IMG/VR virus record: IMGVR_UViG_3300045988_088603
Span: 1 to 43,386 of that record
Strand: one strand, 5' to 3'
DNA from: a virus
DNA: 43,386 nucleotides
Program-made: the position numbers and the translations under genes
Part shown: positions 8,904 through 19,479 of the stretch, piece after piece
How positions within the stretch are numbered: the stretch's first letter is position 1
Layout of the letters: the number at the start of each line of letters is the position of its first letter
Notes under the pieces: model-generated
The model's input: the letters and a program-made list of their open reading frames with translations, nothing else
The model's database searches: none
Told to the model about the DNA's origin: nothing

Positions 8904-11900
8904 CTCCTCTTGATTTTCGTGTTGCTCTTGTACTTAATTCTGTGTCCATGTAAGGGGCGATTACTCTTGTAATCTCTCGACCATCTACAATCACAGGCAC
9001 CTCAATTCGTTCTGGTCCAGTATAGACTACTGATTCTGATCCATTCGATGAATCTGTTTGCACAACCGGCTGCATCCTTGTTGTGATCGTCTGCATCTGC
9101 AGGTTAATCGCATCCTGCATCCTTGACTGAATGTCCTGTACGTTCAGTTTTGCTTTTGCAAATTTCTGTGCCATGTTCTGAGAAATCGTTCCCATTTGTT
9201 TATACAGATTTGGGGCTTCTTTTTCATGTCCTTTGATTGCTCCTTGAATATCACAGGAACCAATCTTTGCAAATTCTCGAGATGGGGAATGAATCTTAAG
9301 TGTCTTTTTGGCTGTCTTAATAATGTTCTGGCAGATTTTCTTCATGGATTTGCTGAGGTTTCTGGTTTCGCTTTCCATACCTGCAGTTAATCCCTTTGCA
9401 ATATTAACTCCTGCCTGTTTCATCTCTTTCTGCAGATCATCCGTTACTGTTTTCATTTCAGATTCATAATTTGCTTGAAGTTTTGCAAGATCATCTCCAA
9501 AGAAGTTTTCAGAAAATGTTTTGGACATGCTCTGTTGCTGATTCCACTTATTAATGTAAGCCTGCTGTTCAGCTTCTGACATATGCTGAAACCATGCCAT
9601 ATAAGCATTTCCTGCATCAATGTCCATTCCGAGAATCTTTTCCATCATAGACTCAGGAATCTTGCTTTCTAGCGACTTCAAGTTCTTTTGATACTTTTCA
9701 ATGTCCATGATATTCTGATCAAGGTTATAGATATTTCCCCAAGATTGCTGTTTATCAGTTAAACTGTCCATCTTGCTCTTGATGTTGTTATACGCTTCCT
9801 GGTATTCATCTGACAGATCCTGTAACTTTTCCTGTGCAATCTTATTTAATCGATCAGCTTCTTTCTCAAATGCATCATTGTATGCTGCTGCCGTTTTTTC
9901 TCCCGCAATTTTTAATTGCTTTTCTTCTGCAGCATTCTGCTTCTTTAACTTTTTCAGCTGTTTTTTTAATTTTGCTTTTTCCTTTTTATTTTTTGTCTTA
10001 CTGATCTTATCTTGGAGATTTTTCTCTGCTGTATCGTGCTTCGAAGAAACTTTACTTGTCTGCTGATCAATGATTTCTTGTACAGTTTCTGATGATCTTG
10101 ACTTTGCTGTGTTGAGTGCTTCGGATATTCCAGAAACAAGGTTGTTTCCAATATCGGAATAATTCCCTTTCTTGGAAGCACTTTTAGCTGCAGATAACGC
10201 TTCATTTACAGATAGCTTCATTTCTGCATTGAGTTCTGTCTGTCCTTCTCTGACACCCTTTGCTACACCTTTTGGAATATTCTTACCAATCGCATCTTTA
10301 TATACACGAGATGGAGAATGGATTCCTAAGGCTGTTGCTGTAGCTTCTACCGATGCGTTAGCCATCTCTCCAGAAGCATCTTCCACATCTTTCGTATGCT
10401 TTCGGATACCTGCTGCCATTCCTAACGGCATCCATTTTCCTACGTCACTTTCCATGACACGGGATGGTGAATGAATCTTACCTTCTGCTTTTGCGGCTGC
10501 AACTGCTGCTCTCACTGCTTCTCTTGCGGCTGCTGATACAGCACCGGAATTTGATCTGATACCAGATGCAATTCCCGCAGATAAATTGCTACCAACGGAC
10601 ACGAAGGATGATTTTTGACTACTTGCTCCGGAAGAACCTGCTTTTGCTACTTTTGAACCTGCAGATTTTGATGTTCCAGATTTTGATGTGATCCCTTTAG
10701 AAAATTCTGATGTCATCTTTCCGCCGGCTGTTTTTGCTTTGCCTGAACCAGAAGCAAGCCCTGCTGCGGTTGTCTTACTAATTTTATCCGCAGCTGATTT
10801 TGCTTTACCAGATCCTTTTGAAAAAGAAGATAAATAACTATTAAACGATTGAACTCCGACACTTGAATTATTCGTAGCAGTAATCTTACTTGCTTTTTTG
10901 ATTGCTGTGCTATTTTTCTTAACTGTAGTAGCTGCTTTTCCTGTTTTGGTTGCAATAGCATCAAACGAACTTGCTGCAGCTGAATTATCTACCTTGCCGA
11001 TTTTTAAACTGTTTTTTATCTTTGTTGCCTGGCTTTTTGTCTTTTGCGCTGTACTATCAATAGCTTTTGTAAGACCAAATGCATTCTGATCTCCGGATAA
11101 GTCTATCTTTGTTAGTTCTTTGATTGCATCTTGAACTGGCGTCTTTCCTTGTGCAACTTTCGTTGCAAGTTCTGTTGGAATCTTAGATCCATCAATTCCT
11201 GCTTTTGTTATTGCTTCCTGGAAAGAAATCATACGACTCAATGCAGCCGCTGCTTCCTTTGGCTTTCCACTACCAGATGTGATTGCATTTGCTAAATAAT
11301 CCGGTACTTGTACACCGCCTTGCTGTGCTTTAGTTTTCAGATCCTCGAATGTAACAAGATTTTTTACTGCTTGCACAGAAGTAGGAACGGCATATTGTCC
11401 AGAGCTGATTCCTTGTGCTACGCTATCAGGAACTTTAACACCTGCATCCTTTGCCTTTTGGATCAGATCAGTCCAATTGATCGCATTCTGCATCTGTTTT
11501 GCAGCACTCTTAAATGATATAGATCCATCTGAAATTCCCTTTGACAAATACTGTGGGATCTTCATCCCCTGTTCTTGCATCTTGGCCAACTGATCGGAAT
11601 TAACCAGATTGTCTAATTTGATCAAGCTCTTTAATTCTTTTCCGGAAGTTGGATTTGCATAAACACCCTGTTTAATTCCCTCTCCAACAGACTTCGGAAT
11701 ATCACTTGCTTTAATCTTTGCTTGTTTGGCCAGATCATCTAAGGATTTCAGATACTCTGTATAATTTGTCTGAGCTGTATATTTGTCTGTATATGTAGTC
11801 AATTCTTTTTGTGCTGCATGTAAATTTTTACCACTTTGCTCAACTGCCTTATTGGCTGTCATCATTGAATCATAGTATTTTGTCAGATCATTAGAAGCTT

Positions 11901-14292
11901 TCTTATATTCATCACTGCTTGTTGTTATCTTTCCCTGATTTACCTTTGCGGTAACCTGATTCATTTTTTCAACAGCGGCATTATATTTGTTTGTTGCTTC
12001 TGTCTTTTTCTTAATGGCATTTTCATTTTCGATATCGGCTTTAGCCACTTTGGATGCCGCGCTTTCCATTCCTTTCTGGTAAGCCTTGGCCATTGCCTGT
12101 TCTTTCAATGCTGCGATGTTTTTCTTGATCGCAGAAGTAGACTTATTTAGCTTATCTGCTTCTTTGTCATACTCAAGATTCAGCCCTGGTAATAATTCAT
12201 TTAACTGTTTAACAACACTTGCGATCTGTGCTTTTGTCCTGGCACTTTTATGCTCAACATTCATCAGTTTTGTTAATCTCTGATACAGTTGATCCGCCTG
12301 AACACCATTTGCACGTGTGGAATCTACATTTTTCTGATTTTGCTTATGCAAACTCTTGATCGATGCAGCCATCTCTTCTTGTTTCTCTTTCAATTTTGTA
12401 CAAGAGGAATAGTATCTATCCGCTTCTGTAACAGCCTTCTTCTGTGTCAAAACATATGCTGCAACTCCTGCTGCTAATGCTCCAACTGCCACAACTCCAA
12501 TTCCAACCGGGCCACCTAAAGCTGTGCAAACTGTTTTGAAGGCTGCTGTTGCAGTTGTAGCTGAGATTGTCTTTCCGGTAAATAACTGGATTGCTGTTCC
12601 TAATATCTGAACACCTGTACTTGCACCTTCTGTAGCTGCAGATACGGTTCTAAACGCAGTTACTACTGTTGTTACTGCTTTGTATCCTTTAAAAACTGTA
12701 AGTAAGCTAGTAGCAACAGGTAAAGCTACTTCCATGTTATTGCCAACAAGTTTCGCAGCTGCTCCTAATACCTTTAATCCACCGCCACCAACTGCTTTTG
12801 CTACTGTTCCAAGATTTTCAACGGTATTTATAGCTTCTTCAGGAACAATTTTTTTAATTCCACCCTTTTTCAATTTGCTAGATAGGATTCTTAATTGCTT
12901 TGTCCCAACACCAACGGCTTTTGTTAAAGGTGTCTTAATATCTTCATAAATACCGATTCCAACAGACTCTGCTGCTGATCCGAGGTCGTACAATGCTCCT
13001 TGCAGATTGTTGTTCATAACATCGGCCTGTTTCTTTGCTGCGCCAGAAGAATTATCAATCGCCTTTTGTAATTTGTTGAAATCAGAATCAGATGCATTAA
13101 CGATTGCCAACAGACCTGACATCGCTTCCTGTCCTGCGATACTTGAAGCATAAGAAGCTTTCTGACTTTCTGTTAATCCAGAAAATTTTTCTCTCAATTC
13201 TGCCATCGTTTCGCGAAGTGGCTTCATTGATCCATCAGCTTTTGTTGTACTGATACCAAGCGCATTTAATGCTGTAGCTGCATCTTTCGGAGGTTTGACA
13301 AGTCGCGTAATGATAGATCTCAAAGATGTACCTGCTTGGCTTCCTTTGATTCCGGCATTCGCCATCAGTCCAATTGCTGTAGCTGTATCTTCGATACTAT
13401 ATTTCATGGATCCGGCCAATGGTGCAACATACTTAAAGGTTTCTCCCATCATTGCAACATTGGTGTTAGAACTACTCGATGCTTTCGCTAGCACGTCTGC
13501 AAAATGTCCAGAATCCTTTGCTTTCAATCCGAAAGCGGTCATTGAATCTGTTACAATGTCGGATACTGTTCCAAGGTCTTCTCCGGAAGCTGCAGCTAAA
13601 TTCATAACGCCAGACAATCCAGAAACCATCTGGTTTGTTTTCCATCCGGCCATAGCCATGTATTTAAGTGCTGTGGCAGATTCTGTAGCAGAAAACTTTG
13701 TTGTAGCTCCCATCTGCTTTGCTTTTGCAGATAGCTTTTCCAGGTCTTTTCCAGATGCTCCGGAGATTGCCTGGACCTCACTCATTCCTGCTTCAAAAGA
13801 CTTACCTACATCGATTGTCTTCTTTGCGGCCGCCACAGATGCAACTCCAATTACTGCTGCAGATTTTTTCATTAGTCCGGCCATCTTTGATGTTGCACTC
13901 TCTGTACTTGCTACTGTACTTTGATTAGATTCTTCCCAAGACTTTTTTGCGCCATCTGCACTTTCTTTTGCAGTATCCTTTACCTTTTTATGAGACTGCT
14001 GCATCTTCGTAGATGCGGATTCTGTTCCTTTTGCTGCTGAATCAGCTCCTTGTTTGGCTGCCTGTCCTGCTTTCGATGCTGAATCTTTTGCACTCTTTTC
14101 TACTTGCTTTCCAGTTTTCTCTGCGGATTTAGCAACTTCTTCTACACTCTTTTGTGCCTGATCACAAGCTTTATCTATATCCTGTGCTGTACTCTTAGAA
14201 GAAGACTCAACTTCTTTCTTAAGATCGTTTAATCCTTTTTCTGCGCCAGAATTATCCAGTTTGGTTTCTATTGTAACTGTACCATCTGCCAT
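8896..14292 (-). CDS. Tail tape measure protein
   Basis: 1798 aa. It has a TP901-type core (GMSEVQAISGASGKDLEKLSAKAKQMGATTKFSATESATALKYMAMAGW), TM-like hydrophobic stretches, coiled coils and internal repeats. Confidence 0.95.
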   Translation of the reverse strand: MADGTVTIETKLDNSGAEKGLNDLKKEVESSSKSTAQDIDKACDQAQKSVEEVAKSAEKTGKQVEKSAKDSASKAGQAAKQGADSAAKGTESASTKMQQSHKKVKDTAKESADGAKKSWEESNQSTVASTESATSKMAGLMKKSAAVIGVASVAAAKKTIDVGKSFEAGMSEVQAISGASGKDLEKLSAKAKQMGATTKFSATESATALKYMAMAGWKTNQMVSGLSGVMNLAAASGEDLGTVSDIVTDSMTAFGLKAKDSGHFADVLAKASSSSNTNVAMMGETFKYVAPLAGSMKYSIEDTATAIGLMANAGIKGSQAGTSLRSIITRLVKPPKDAATALNALGISTTKADGSMKPLRETMAELREKFSGLTESQKASYASSIAGQEAMSGLLAIVNASDSDFNKLQKAIDNSSGAAKKQADVMNNNLQGALYDLGSAAESVGIGIYEDIKTPLTKAVGVGTKQLRILSSKLKKGGIKKIVPEEAINTVENLGTVAKAVGGGGLKVLGAAAKLVGNNMEVALPVATSLLTVFKGYKAVTTVVTAFRTVSAATEGASTGVQILGTAIQLFTGKTISATTATAAFKTVCTALGGPVGIGVVAVGALAAGVAAYVLTQKKAVTEADRYYSSCTKLKEKQEEMAASIKSLHKQNQKNVDSTRANGVQADQLYQRLTKLMNVEHKSARTKAQIASVVKQLNELLPGLNLEYDKEADKLNKSTSAIKKNIAALKEQAMAKAYQKGMESAASKVAKADIENENAIKKKTEATNKYNAAVEKMNQVTAKVNQGKITTSSDEYKKASNDLTKYYDSMMTANKAVEQSGKNLHAAQKELTTYTDKYTAQTNYTEYLKSLDDLAKQAKIKASDIPKSVGEGIKQGVYANPTSGKELKSLIKLDNLVNSDQLAKMQEQGMKIPQYLSKGISDGSISFKSAAKQMQNAINWTDLIQKAKDAGVKVPDSVAQGISSGQYAVPTSVQAVKNLVTFEDLKTKAQQGGVQVPDYLANAITSGSGKPKEAAAALSRMISFQEAITKAGIDGSKIPTELATKVAQGKTPVQDAIKELTKIDLSGDQNAFGLTKAIDSTAQKTKSQATKIKNSLKIGKVDNSAAASSFDAIATKTGKAATTVKKNSTAIKKASKITATNNSSVGVQSFNSYLSSFSKGSGKAKSAADKISKTTAAGLASGSGKAKTAGGKMTSEFSKGITSKSGTSKSAGSKVAKAGSSGASSQKSSFVSVGSNLSAGIASGIRSNSGAVSAAAREAVRAAVAAAKAEGKIHSPSRVMESDVGKWMPLGMAAGIRKHTKDVEDASGEMANASVEATATALGIHSPSRVYKDAIGKNIPKGVAKGVREGQTELNAEMKLSVNEALSAAKSASKKGNYSDIGNNLVSGISEALNTAKSRSSETVQEIIDQQTSKVSSKHDTAEKNLQDKISKTKNKKEKAKLKKQLKKLKKQNAAEEKQLKIAGEKTAAAYNDAFEKEADRLNKIAQEKLQDLSDEYQEAYNNIKSKMDSLTDKQQSWGNIYNLDQNIMDIEKYQKNLKSLESKIPESMMEKILGMDIDAGNAYMAWFQHMSEAEQQAYINKWNQQQSMSKTFSENFFGDDLAKLQANYESEMKTVTDDLQKEMKQAGVNIAKGLTAGMESETRNLSKSMKKICQNIIKTAKKTLKIHSPSREFAKIGSCDIQGAIKGHEKEAPNLYKQMGTISQNMAQKFAKAKLNVQDIQSRMQDAINLQMQTITTRMQPVVQTDSSNGSESVVYTGPERIEVPVIVDGREITRVIAPYMDTELSTRATRKSRGGV

Positions 14293-14395
14293 GTCTTCAC
14301 CTCGTCAAATAACTAAAAATCTAAAGTTTCTAAGCTATTTGACGTCCTGGGTGCTCAACCTGCAGATCCAAGCTCTCGCCTGTTCGCTTCTCTTA

Positions 14396-15046
14396 TCACA
14401 ATATTCCTGACAGATCACCGCCATTTAGCAGTATCTGTGTTATCTCATCCTGTCTCTTCTTCTCTTCTTTACTTATATCATCCGGAAGTGCATAGATCTT
14501 TTGCATCTCCCTTACCCTTTTTCTCTGTTCTTTGTCAAAATTCTTCAACTCTGCCCCACGATATCCGATAATCTCACAGATCTTACAATCATCATGAAGG
14601 GCACTGAATAGTGACATAAACTTCCACCAGTGCAAAAAATCAACCTCAAACAGATCGATCTTATAATCCTGCATAAACCCTGCATTGATATAATCAAAAT
14701 CATATTCAAAGCTGATCACTTTTTTCTTTGTTTTTGTTTTTGTTTGTTTATCTTCCTTACCGCAGGAATAAAACCACAGCATTTTTTCCATAGCTTCTTC
14801 CAGATCATCCGGAACATTATCTTTGTAAAAGAGTTTTAGTGCATCATAATATTTTGCATTTTGAATCGCATCTTTTTCTTCAATATCGATCTCTTTCATC
14901 ATTTCTTTTGCAAACTTCTTTTGATCATCTGTAACTTCTTTTCCGAAAATAATTCCTTCAACATTCATGATCGTTCGGAAATCAGCATCGATCTTATATG
15001 TTTTACTCCCGATATCCACTGACACCGGGAGTTCTCTTCTGATCAT
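14396..15046 (-). CDS. Tail assembly chaperone-position protein (Phage_Gp15-like)
   Basis: 216 aa located just upstream of the TMP. The N-terminus (LPVSVDIGSKTYKIDADFRTIMNVEGI) resembles the Gp15 family. Confidence 0.65.
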   Translation of the reverse strand: MIRRELPVSVDIGSKTYKIDADFRTIMNVEGIIFGKEVTDDQKKFAKEMMKEIDIEEKDAIQNAKYYDALKLFYKDNVPDDLEEAMEKMLWFYSCGKEDKQTKTKTKKKVISFEYDFDYINAGFMQDYKIDLFEVDFLHWWKFMSLFSALHDDCKICEIIGYRGAELKNFDKEQRKRVREMQKIYALPDDISKEEKKRQDEITQILLNGGDLSGIL

Positions 15047-15393
15047 TCAACTCCTAACATCTTAGACAGTTCATTGACTCTCTTTTCATGATCTGCTAAC
15101 TGTGAATCTCTGATAGTATAAAGCTTCTTAACTGCTTTCGTTCTTTCTGTCAAATCATGTTTAGCAGTAAAGATTTTATCTGCAGAACCTTCTCCAAATA
15201 CTGCATCAAAAAACCTACTCATGATTTCTGACTCGTTTGCAACGCCTTCTGGACCCATCATTCCATCTTTTACATTCTTTTCTTCGTACTCTCCAAGTTC
15301 CTTCCACATCTCTTTGCTTGCATCATTAAACTTCTTCATCATATCTGCATCCAGAAAATTAAATGCAAGCTTCTCTCCATTCCAAATAAACAT
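15043..15393 (-). CDS. Tail assembly chaperone-position protein (Gp14-like)
   Basis: 116-aa acidic protein lying between the major tail gene and the Gp15-like gene, with an ATGA overlap to the next gene. Confidence 0.6.
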   Translation of the reverse strand: MFIWNGEKLAFNFLDADMMKKFNDASKEMWKELGEYEEKNVKDGMMGPEGVANESEIMSRFFDAVFGEGSADKIFTAKHDLTERTKAVKKLYTIRDSQLADHEKRVNELSKMLGVE

Positions 15394-15439
15394 ATATCTT
15401 ACTCCTTAATTCTAATTCCAATCTTCACTTCGCTTTCGT

Positions 15440-15946
15440 TTACTCTGTCGCTGAATCCGGTGTAAATGTCTTTGCCTTTATATCAAATTTACCCATAACA
15501 GGATCTCCTTTGTCGTGAAGTGTTCCCTCAACCTGTAATTCTCCGTCATTATCAGAGAAACTTGAAATTTCAGCAGCTACGGTAAACTTACGTGCTTTGA
15601 ATGCTGTCCCGGAGGTATCTCCCTCTGCTTTTTCATCCAAATCAACGCGAACAAATTCACGTTCTGCATCTGCTCCTGTTTTCCTTTCCTTGCCGATACT
15701 GATCAGGTCCTTAATAACTACTTCGCTTGGAATCTGATCCGCGGTAAATCCATGTTCGCCTTCATAGCTTGTAATGCTTGATGTGGATGATTTATCATTG
15801 ATATATTTTTTGCTTGTTGTCTGTGCTCCTGGATCTTCATTTAACTCTGTAAAACCAGATCCCATTAATTCAAACGCTTCAGACACTTTTAAATAAGACG
15901 CTTCCTGATAACGCTGTTTTACTGTTTTGCTTGCTGTTTCTGCCAT
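15440..15946 (-). CDS. Major tail (tube) protein
   Basis: 168 aa. By synteny it follows the head-tail connectors and precedes the chaperones and TMP. Confidence 0.7.
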   Translation of the reverse strand: MAETASKTVKQRYQEASYLKVSEAFELMGSGFTELNEDPGAQTTSKKYINDKSSTSSITSYEGEHGFTADQIPSEVVIKDLISIGKERKTGADAEREFVRVDLDEKAEGDTSGTAFKARKFTVAAEISSFSDNDGELQVEGTLHDKGDPVMGKFDIKAKTFTPDSATE

Positions 15947-15947
15947 T

Positions 15948-16385
15948 TTATATTCCTCCTAATTTCTGATAATAAATTAACTGGCACTGAATCTGGTACT
16001 GTGCTTTTGATGCATCTGCGTTAAACACGTAGCCATTTGTCAGTGCCTGTATTTTAATTGCTCTTTTTCCTTTATCCATTTCCGGAAGATCATTATTAAT
16101 CGTACATCGTTCCAACCAGTCTGAGAAATCTTCGTAAAACTCCGCTACGTCAATATTCTCTGCAACGTCTGCCCCGAAGTACTCACGGCTTGCCAGAATA
16201 AAATTAAAACGGCGTTCTGTGTCGCCGTTAATATATCTTTTTTTAATTGGCTGTGATGTTACGGATGCTTCGATCGCATAACTTTTTGTATCCTCCGGAA
16301 GATGTTCCACGCCCACCAGATCATCAAATGTGGACAATCCTGGATAGTCCTGGATAAATGCTCTCACACTTGCGATCACACTCAT
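15948..16385 (-). CDS. Tail terminator / tail-completion protein
   Basis: 145 aa, assigned by its position in the connector module. Confidence 0.55.
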   Translation of the reverse strand: MSVIASVRAFIQDYPGLSTFDDLVGVEHLPEDTKSYAIEASVTSQPIKKRYINGDTERRFNFILASREYFGADVAENIDVAEFYEDFSDWLERCTINNDLPEMDKGKRAIKIQALTNGYVFNADASKAQYQIQCQLIYYQKLGGI

Positions 16386-16711
16386 TCTGCTTTACCTCCT
16401 ACAAAATCTGCAACAGACTGGACGATCTGATCTCCATTGTCTGCCCAACATCTTTGATCCCATTCTTTTCCACGGAGTCCTTTTCCGCCATTTTCATGGT
16501 ACTGTTTCTGTGCATATGGAGTTATAAACTGGATTGAGTCCACGTTCTCTATTGCGGTATCTTTTAATACTCCGGTCAAAAATGGAACATATGGATCCAT
16601 CTTTCTTCGGAACTCTCCGGTAAAAAATCTTTGTGCAGGTCCACCAACTTGAAGACCTCTTGTCTTTAAAATCTGATCGGGTGAAAGTTCGACTTTAACC
16701 TGTGTTCCCAT
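16382..16711 (-). CDS. Head-tail joining protein (HK97 gp10-like position)
   Basis: 109 aa, with translationally coupled overlaps on both sides. Confidence 0.55.
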   Translation of the reverse strand: MGTQVKVELSPDQILKTRGLQVGGPAQRFFTGEFRRKMDPYVPFLTGVLKDTAIENVDSIQFITPYAQKQYHENGGKGLRGKEWDQRCWADNGDQIVQSVADFVGGKAE

Positions 16712-17122
16712 TTAAGCACCTCCGATTCTCCAATGCGGTAAACTTCCTCTCCGATTATCCGAAAACGATAATACTTTTCCTGTATACTGCTGCTTTAAAA
16801 ATTCTGATTCTTTCTCAAAATCTTCTAACAATCCTTTTCCAAACAGATCCCCGTTATTGATCGTCCAATACTTTTCTGCTTCTTCGGCAGATAATTCCCG
16901 ATACTTATCAGCATCAATGTATTCTTTCCCTTGCGTATCTGCAGATAAAGGGATGCGGATCTGATACATATCTGCAGAACTGAGTCCTTGATCGGTAACA
17001 GTTGTCTGCTGCTTTGTGTAAAAATTAACACCTTTGATCTGAGTCTTTAAATAGATCTTTCGTGCTGTCTTTTTATCAACTCCGTGACTGTTATAGATTG
17101 TGAGGTCTGCATTTGTCATCAT
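16712..17122 (-). CDS. Head closure / head-tail adaptor protein
   Basis: The ORF track starts at 17161. The internal ATG at 17122 (MMTNADL) has the SD-like AGGGGGTG upstream and reduces the overlap with the preceding gene. Confidence 0.55.
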   Translation of the reverse strand: MMTNADLTIYNSHGVDKKTARKIYLKTQIKGVNFYTKQQTTVTDQGLSSADMYQIRIPLSADTQGKEYIDADKYRELSAEEAEKYWTINNGDLFGKGLLEDFEKESEFLKQQYTGKVLSFSDNRRGSLPHWRIGGA

Positions 17123-17498
17123 ATGGCCCACACCCCCTGTACATGAGTCCCGTATGTGCAAGATAAGGATATGCTGCTTTTTGACAACGATGCTCCACAG
17201 TGCCTATTGTTTTGCTTTGACTCGTCACAAAACTTACACTGTATCCATCGTTGTTCTCACTTGCAATCTCCCTTCCTGCATCATCTTTTCTCATTCTGTC
17301 CTGATACATTACATCTGCCACTGCGCATGTGGCCAGACTCACTTCCTCTGGAATCTCTGCCATATCATCAACTCTGGCAAATGTAAGGAATTTCACAAAA
17401 ATGCTTGCCTTTAAGATCATTCCAGGGAAAGCTTTCTCCGGTATGATCTCGCCATAAAATTTATTTTCGTAGAAATCCCTGTTTGCATATTCCACCAT
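17091..17498 (-). CDS. Head-tail connector (gp6-like DNA-packaging/connector protein)
   Basis: 135 aa, directly after the major capsid gene. Confidence 0.55.
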   Translation of the reverse strand: MVEYANRDFYENKFYGEIIPEKAFPGMILKASIFVKFLTFARVDDMAEIPEEVSLATCAVADVMYQDRMRKDDAGREIASENNDGYSVSFVTSQSKTIGTVEHRCQKAAYPYLAHTGLMYRGCGPYDDKCRPHNL

Positions 17499-17511
17499 AC
17501 CGGATCACCGC

Positions 17512-18639
17512 CTATCCTCTGGAAATGATTCTTGCAATTGGAATTGCTTTATGATCGATTACTTTCTTATTTTGACCAGTTTTTCCGTTGTTGACAAGTT
17601 CCCAGTTAGATCCATCTGCAAGTTCTGCGTCTGTTGGCGAATTTGTAGCCTGTTTTTTCTTTGTATAAGAAATTCCATATGGGGCAAATACTTTTCTCTG
17701 TCTCATAAACAATGTATCCTCCCCACCATTTTTCATTGGATTACGATACATTTCATATGGGACTTTTGCACCAATGTCTTCGTAATCAAATGCTCCATCT
17801 CCTAATGCAAAGGTTGTATATTTCGTATAAGCTTCCTGTGCCGCAACATAACCAGACTCTCCTTTTGTTCCGCTTTCTTCTACTGCAGCAACTTCTTCCG
17901 TTGGCATAGAGTCATCGATCAGAACTAAACGGCCATTCCATGTTGCAAGTGTTAACTGTCGTTCAATACCATTTGAATCAGTCTGAGTCATATATTTTAA
18001 CAGCTTCAAATTTTCAAGATTTGTTGCAACTGCACTGTGCATGATCGCAATTGTGAATTTGGATTTATTATCCCCTGATGCTCTCTGTAAAGCTGTATTT
18101 AAAGTATCTGCCTGTACAACATTTTTAACATTCCCATCCTTATCTGTTGCAGTAACTTCTGTAATATCAGAAGTATGATTATCCACGAAAGTCTTGTTTT
18201 CTTTTCCTGTCATTGCAAAGATACCTTCCAGTTCTTTTACAATGGTCAACTGGTCAAGATCGGCTTTATAGTCATTCACCTGTGCTGCAACATTATCCAT
18301 AAAGCTTACACCGCCTGTAATGTCTTCGGAAAAGTCTCGTTCTGTCCATCCTTTCATACGTCCAACTACAACAACACCTCTTTCGAATGTATCTGTGCTG
18401 TCCGATGTAAGATCGGTCTCGCCATCATAATTCTGTGCAGTTCCACCAATTAAACCATGCATTGGTAAAGTTGCATATGATGTTCCTGTCTGAGAACTGA
18501 ACGTATTTTTAATATCCTGATTACCTTTTAAGGCTCTTGATTTGATCAGTTCGTTTCTTTTTAAATTTGGAATCCTCTCTGTATAAGCACCAAATGCCTG
18601 AGGATTAAATGATTTAGAATCAAATTTTGCTCCTGCCAT
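17512..18639 (-). CDS. Major capsid protein
   Basis: 375 aa, immediately downstream of the scaffold gene. Size and position are typical. Confidence 0.85.
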   Translation of the reverse strand: MAGAKFDSKSFNPQAFGAYTERIPNLKRNELIKSRALKGNQDIKNTFSSQTGTSYATLPMHGLIGGTAQNYDGETDLTSDSTDTFERGVVVVGRMKGWTERDFSEDITGGVSFMDNVAAQVNDYKADLDQLTIVKELEGIFAMTGKENKTFVDNHTSDITEVTATDKDGNVKNVVQADTLNTALQRASGDNKSKFTIAIMHSAVATNLENLKLLKYMTQTDSNGIERQLTLATWNGRLVLIDDSMPTEEVAAVEESGTKGESGYVAAQEAYTKYTTFALGDGAFDYEDIGAKVPYEMYRNPMKNGGEDTLFMRQRKVFAPYGISYTKKKQATNSPTDAELADGSNWELVNNGKTGQNKKVIDHKAIPIARIISRG

Positions 18640-18654
18640 TTTTTACTCCTTTAT

Positions 18655-19251
18655 TTAAATCTCTGCTCCGGGATTCTGTTCCATATAGTCACAGAGTTCC
18701 GAATATGTCATTTCACTTGGTTTCTTTCCACCAATACCGCCGGAACCACCATTTGTTCCTTTAACGATCGTTGGTGCAGGTTCATCGCTTTCAAACAAAA
18801 AACCGTTTTCTTCCTTGATCTGTGACAGCTGTTCGTCTAAACCAATGATCTTTCCATCGTTTAGTTTCAGTCCGTCCATATCAAGTAACGCTTTGACCGC
18901 TTTGCTGTTTCTAGCTTTCGCTCCTGTCAATGCTGCAGATAACGCATAATCAAATTTCATTTCTGAAATCTGAGCATCTGCATCACTCTTTGCTTTCTCA
19001 GCTTTCTCTTTCCAGTCATCTGCTGCCTGCTTGATGCCGTCAATATCCATATCTTTAAACTTCTGAATTTCTGCATTTGCATCGTTTACCTGAGTTTCAA
19101 GACTTTCTGCTTTCAGCTTATAGCCGTCTCGCTCCTGAGTGATCTTCTCTGCTTTCTTCTGTTCTTCTGCGATATCCTTTCCGTTCTCAGCCATGATCTT
19201 ATCGATCACTTCCTGGGAAAGATTTAAACCTTTTAAAAAATCTGTTTTCAT
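18655..19251 (-). CDS. Scaffolding protein (GP20-like)
   Basis: 198 aa, acidic and coiled-coil rich (EEQKKAEKITQERDGYKLKAESLETQ). It precedes the capsid gene. Confidence 0.8.
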   Translation of the reverse strand: MKTDFLKGLNLSQEVIDKIMAENGKDIAEEQKKAEKITQERDGYKLKAESLETQVNDANAEIQKFKDMDIDGIKQAADDWKEKAEKAKSDADAQISEMKFDYALSAALTGAKARNSKAVKALLDMDGLKLNDGKIIGLDEQLSQIKEENGFLFESDEPAPTIVKGTNGGSGGIGGKKPSEMTYSELCDYMEQNPGAEI

Positions 19252-19479
19252 GTTACTATGCTCCTTTCGTATTAGGTTGTTTTAGGCGTGTAACCGACCG
19301 CCACGAACCGACTGTTTAAGGTCTGATCAGCTGACCAATGTTATTTCTTTGCATAAAAATAACACCCAGATCTCTCTGCGTGTCCTCTGCAGCTTAACCC
19401 TGCTGCGGGGAGATATTTGGATCACCGTCCCTTCTATTCTGTTGACTTCATGTTTCGCTGCTCCTTTCTTAAAATTTCG

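Noticed and set aside
9196-13928. Many plus-strand ORFs of 60-209 aa opposite the tape measure gene (for example 13295-13924, 12680-12949, 10172-10474)
   Set aside because: They lie entirely antisense to a 1798-aa gene with strongly biased A/S/K/G composition. They have no SD sequences and give low-complexity, Cys/Phe-rich translations, so they are shadow ORFs.
14293-15393. Canonical gpG/gpGT -1 programmed frameshift in the tail chaperone genes
   Set aside because: The two chaperone-position genes overlap by ATGA with a stop codon in the downstream frame immediately upstream of the overlap, and I saw no XXXYYYZ slippery heptamer. Beyond the second gene, alternative frames extend only about 15-22 codons into the 103-nt gap before the TMP. 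A frameshift is neither supported nor excluded.
16712-17161. The N-terminal 13 codons of the ORF-track call (MHIRDSCTGGVGH)
   Set aside because: This extension overlaps the preceding gene by 70 nt and lacks an SD. The internal ATG at 17122 has AGGGGGTG upstream.
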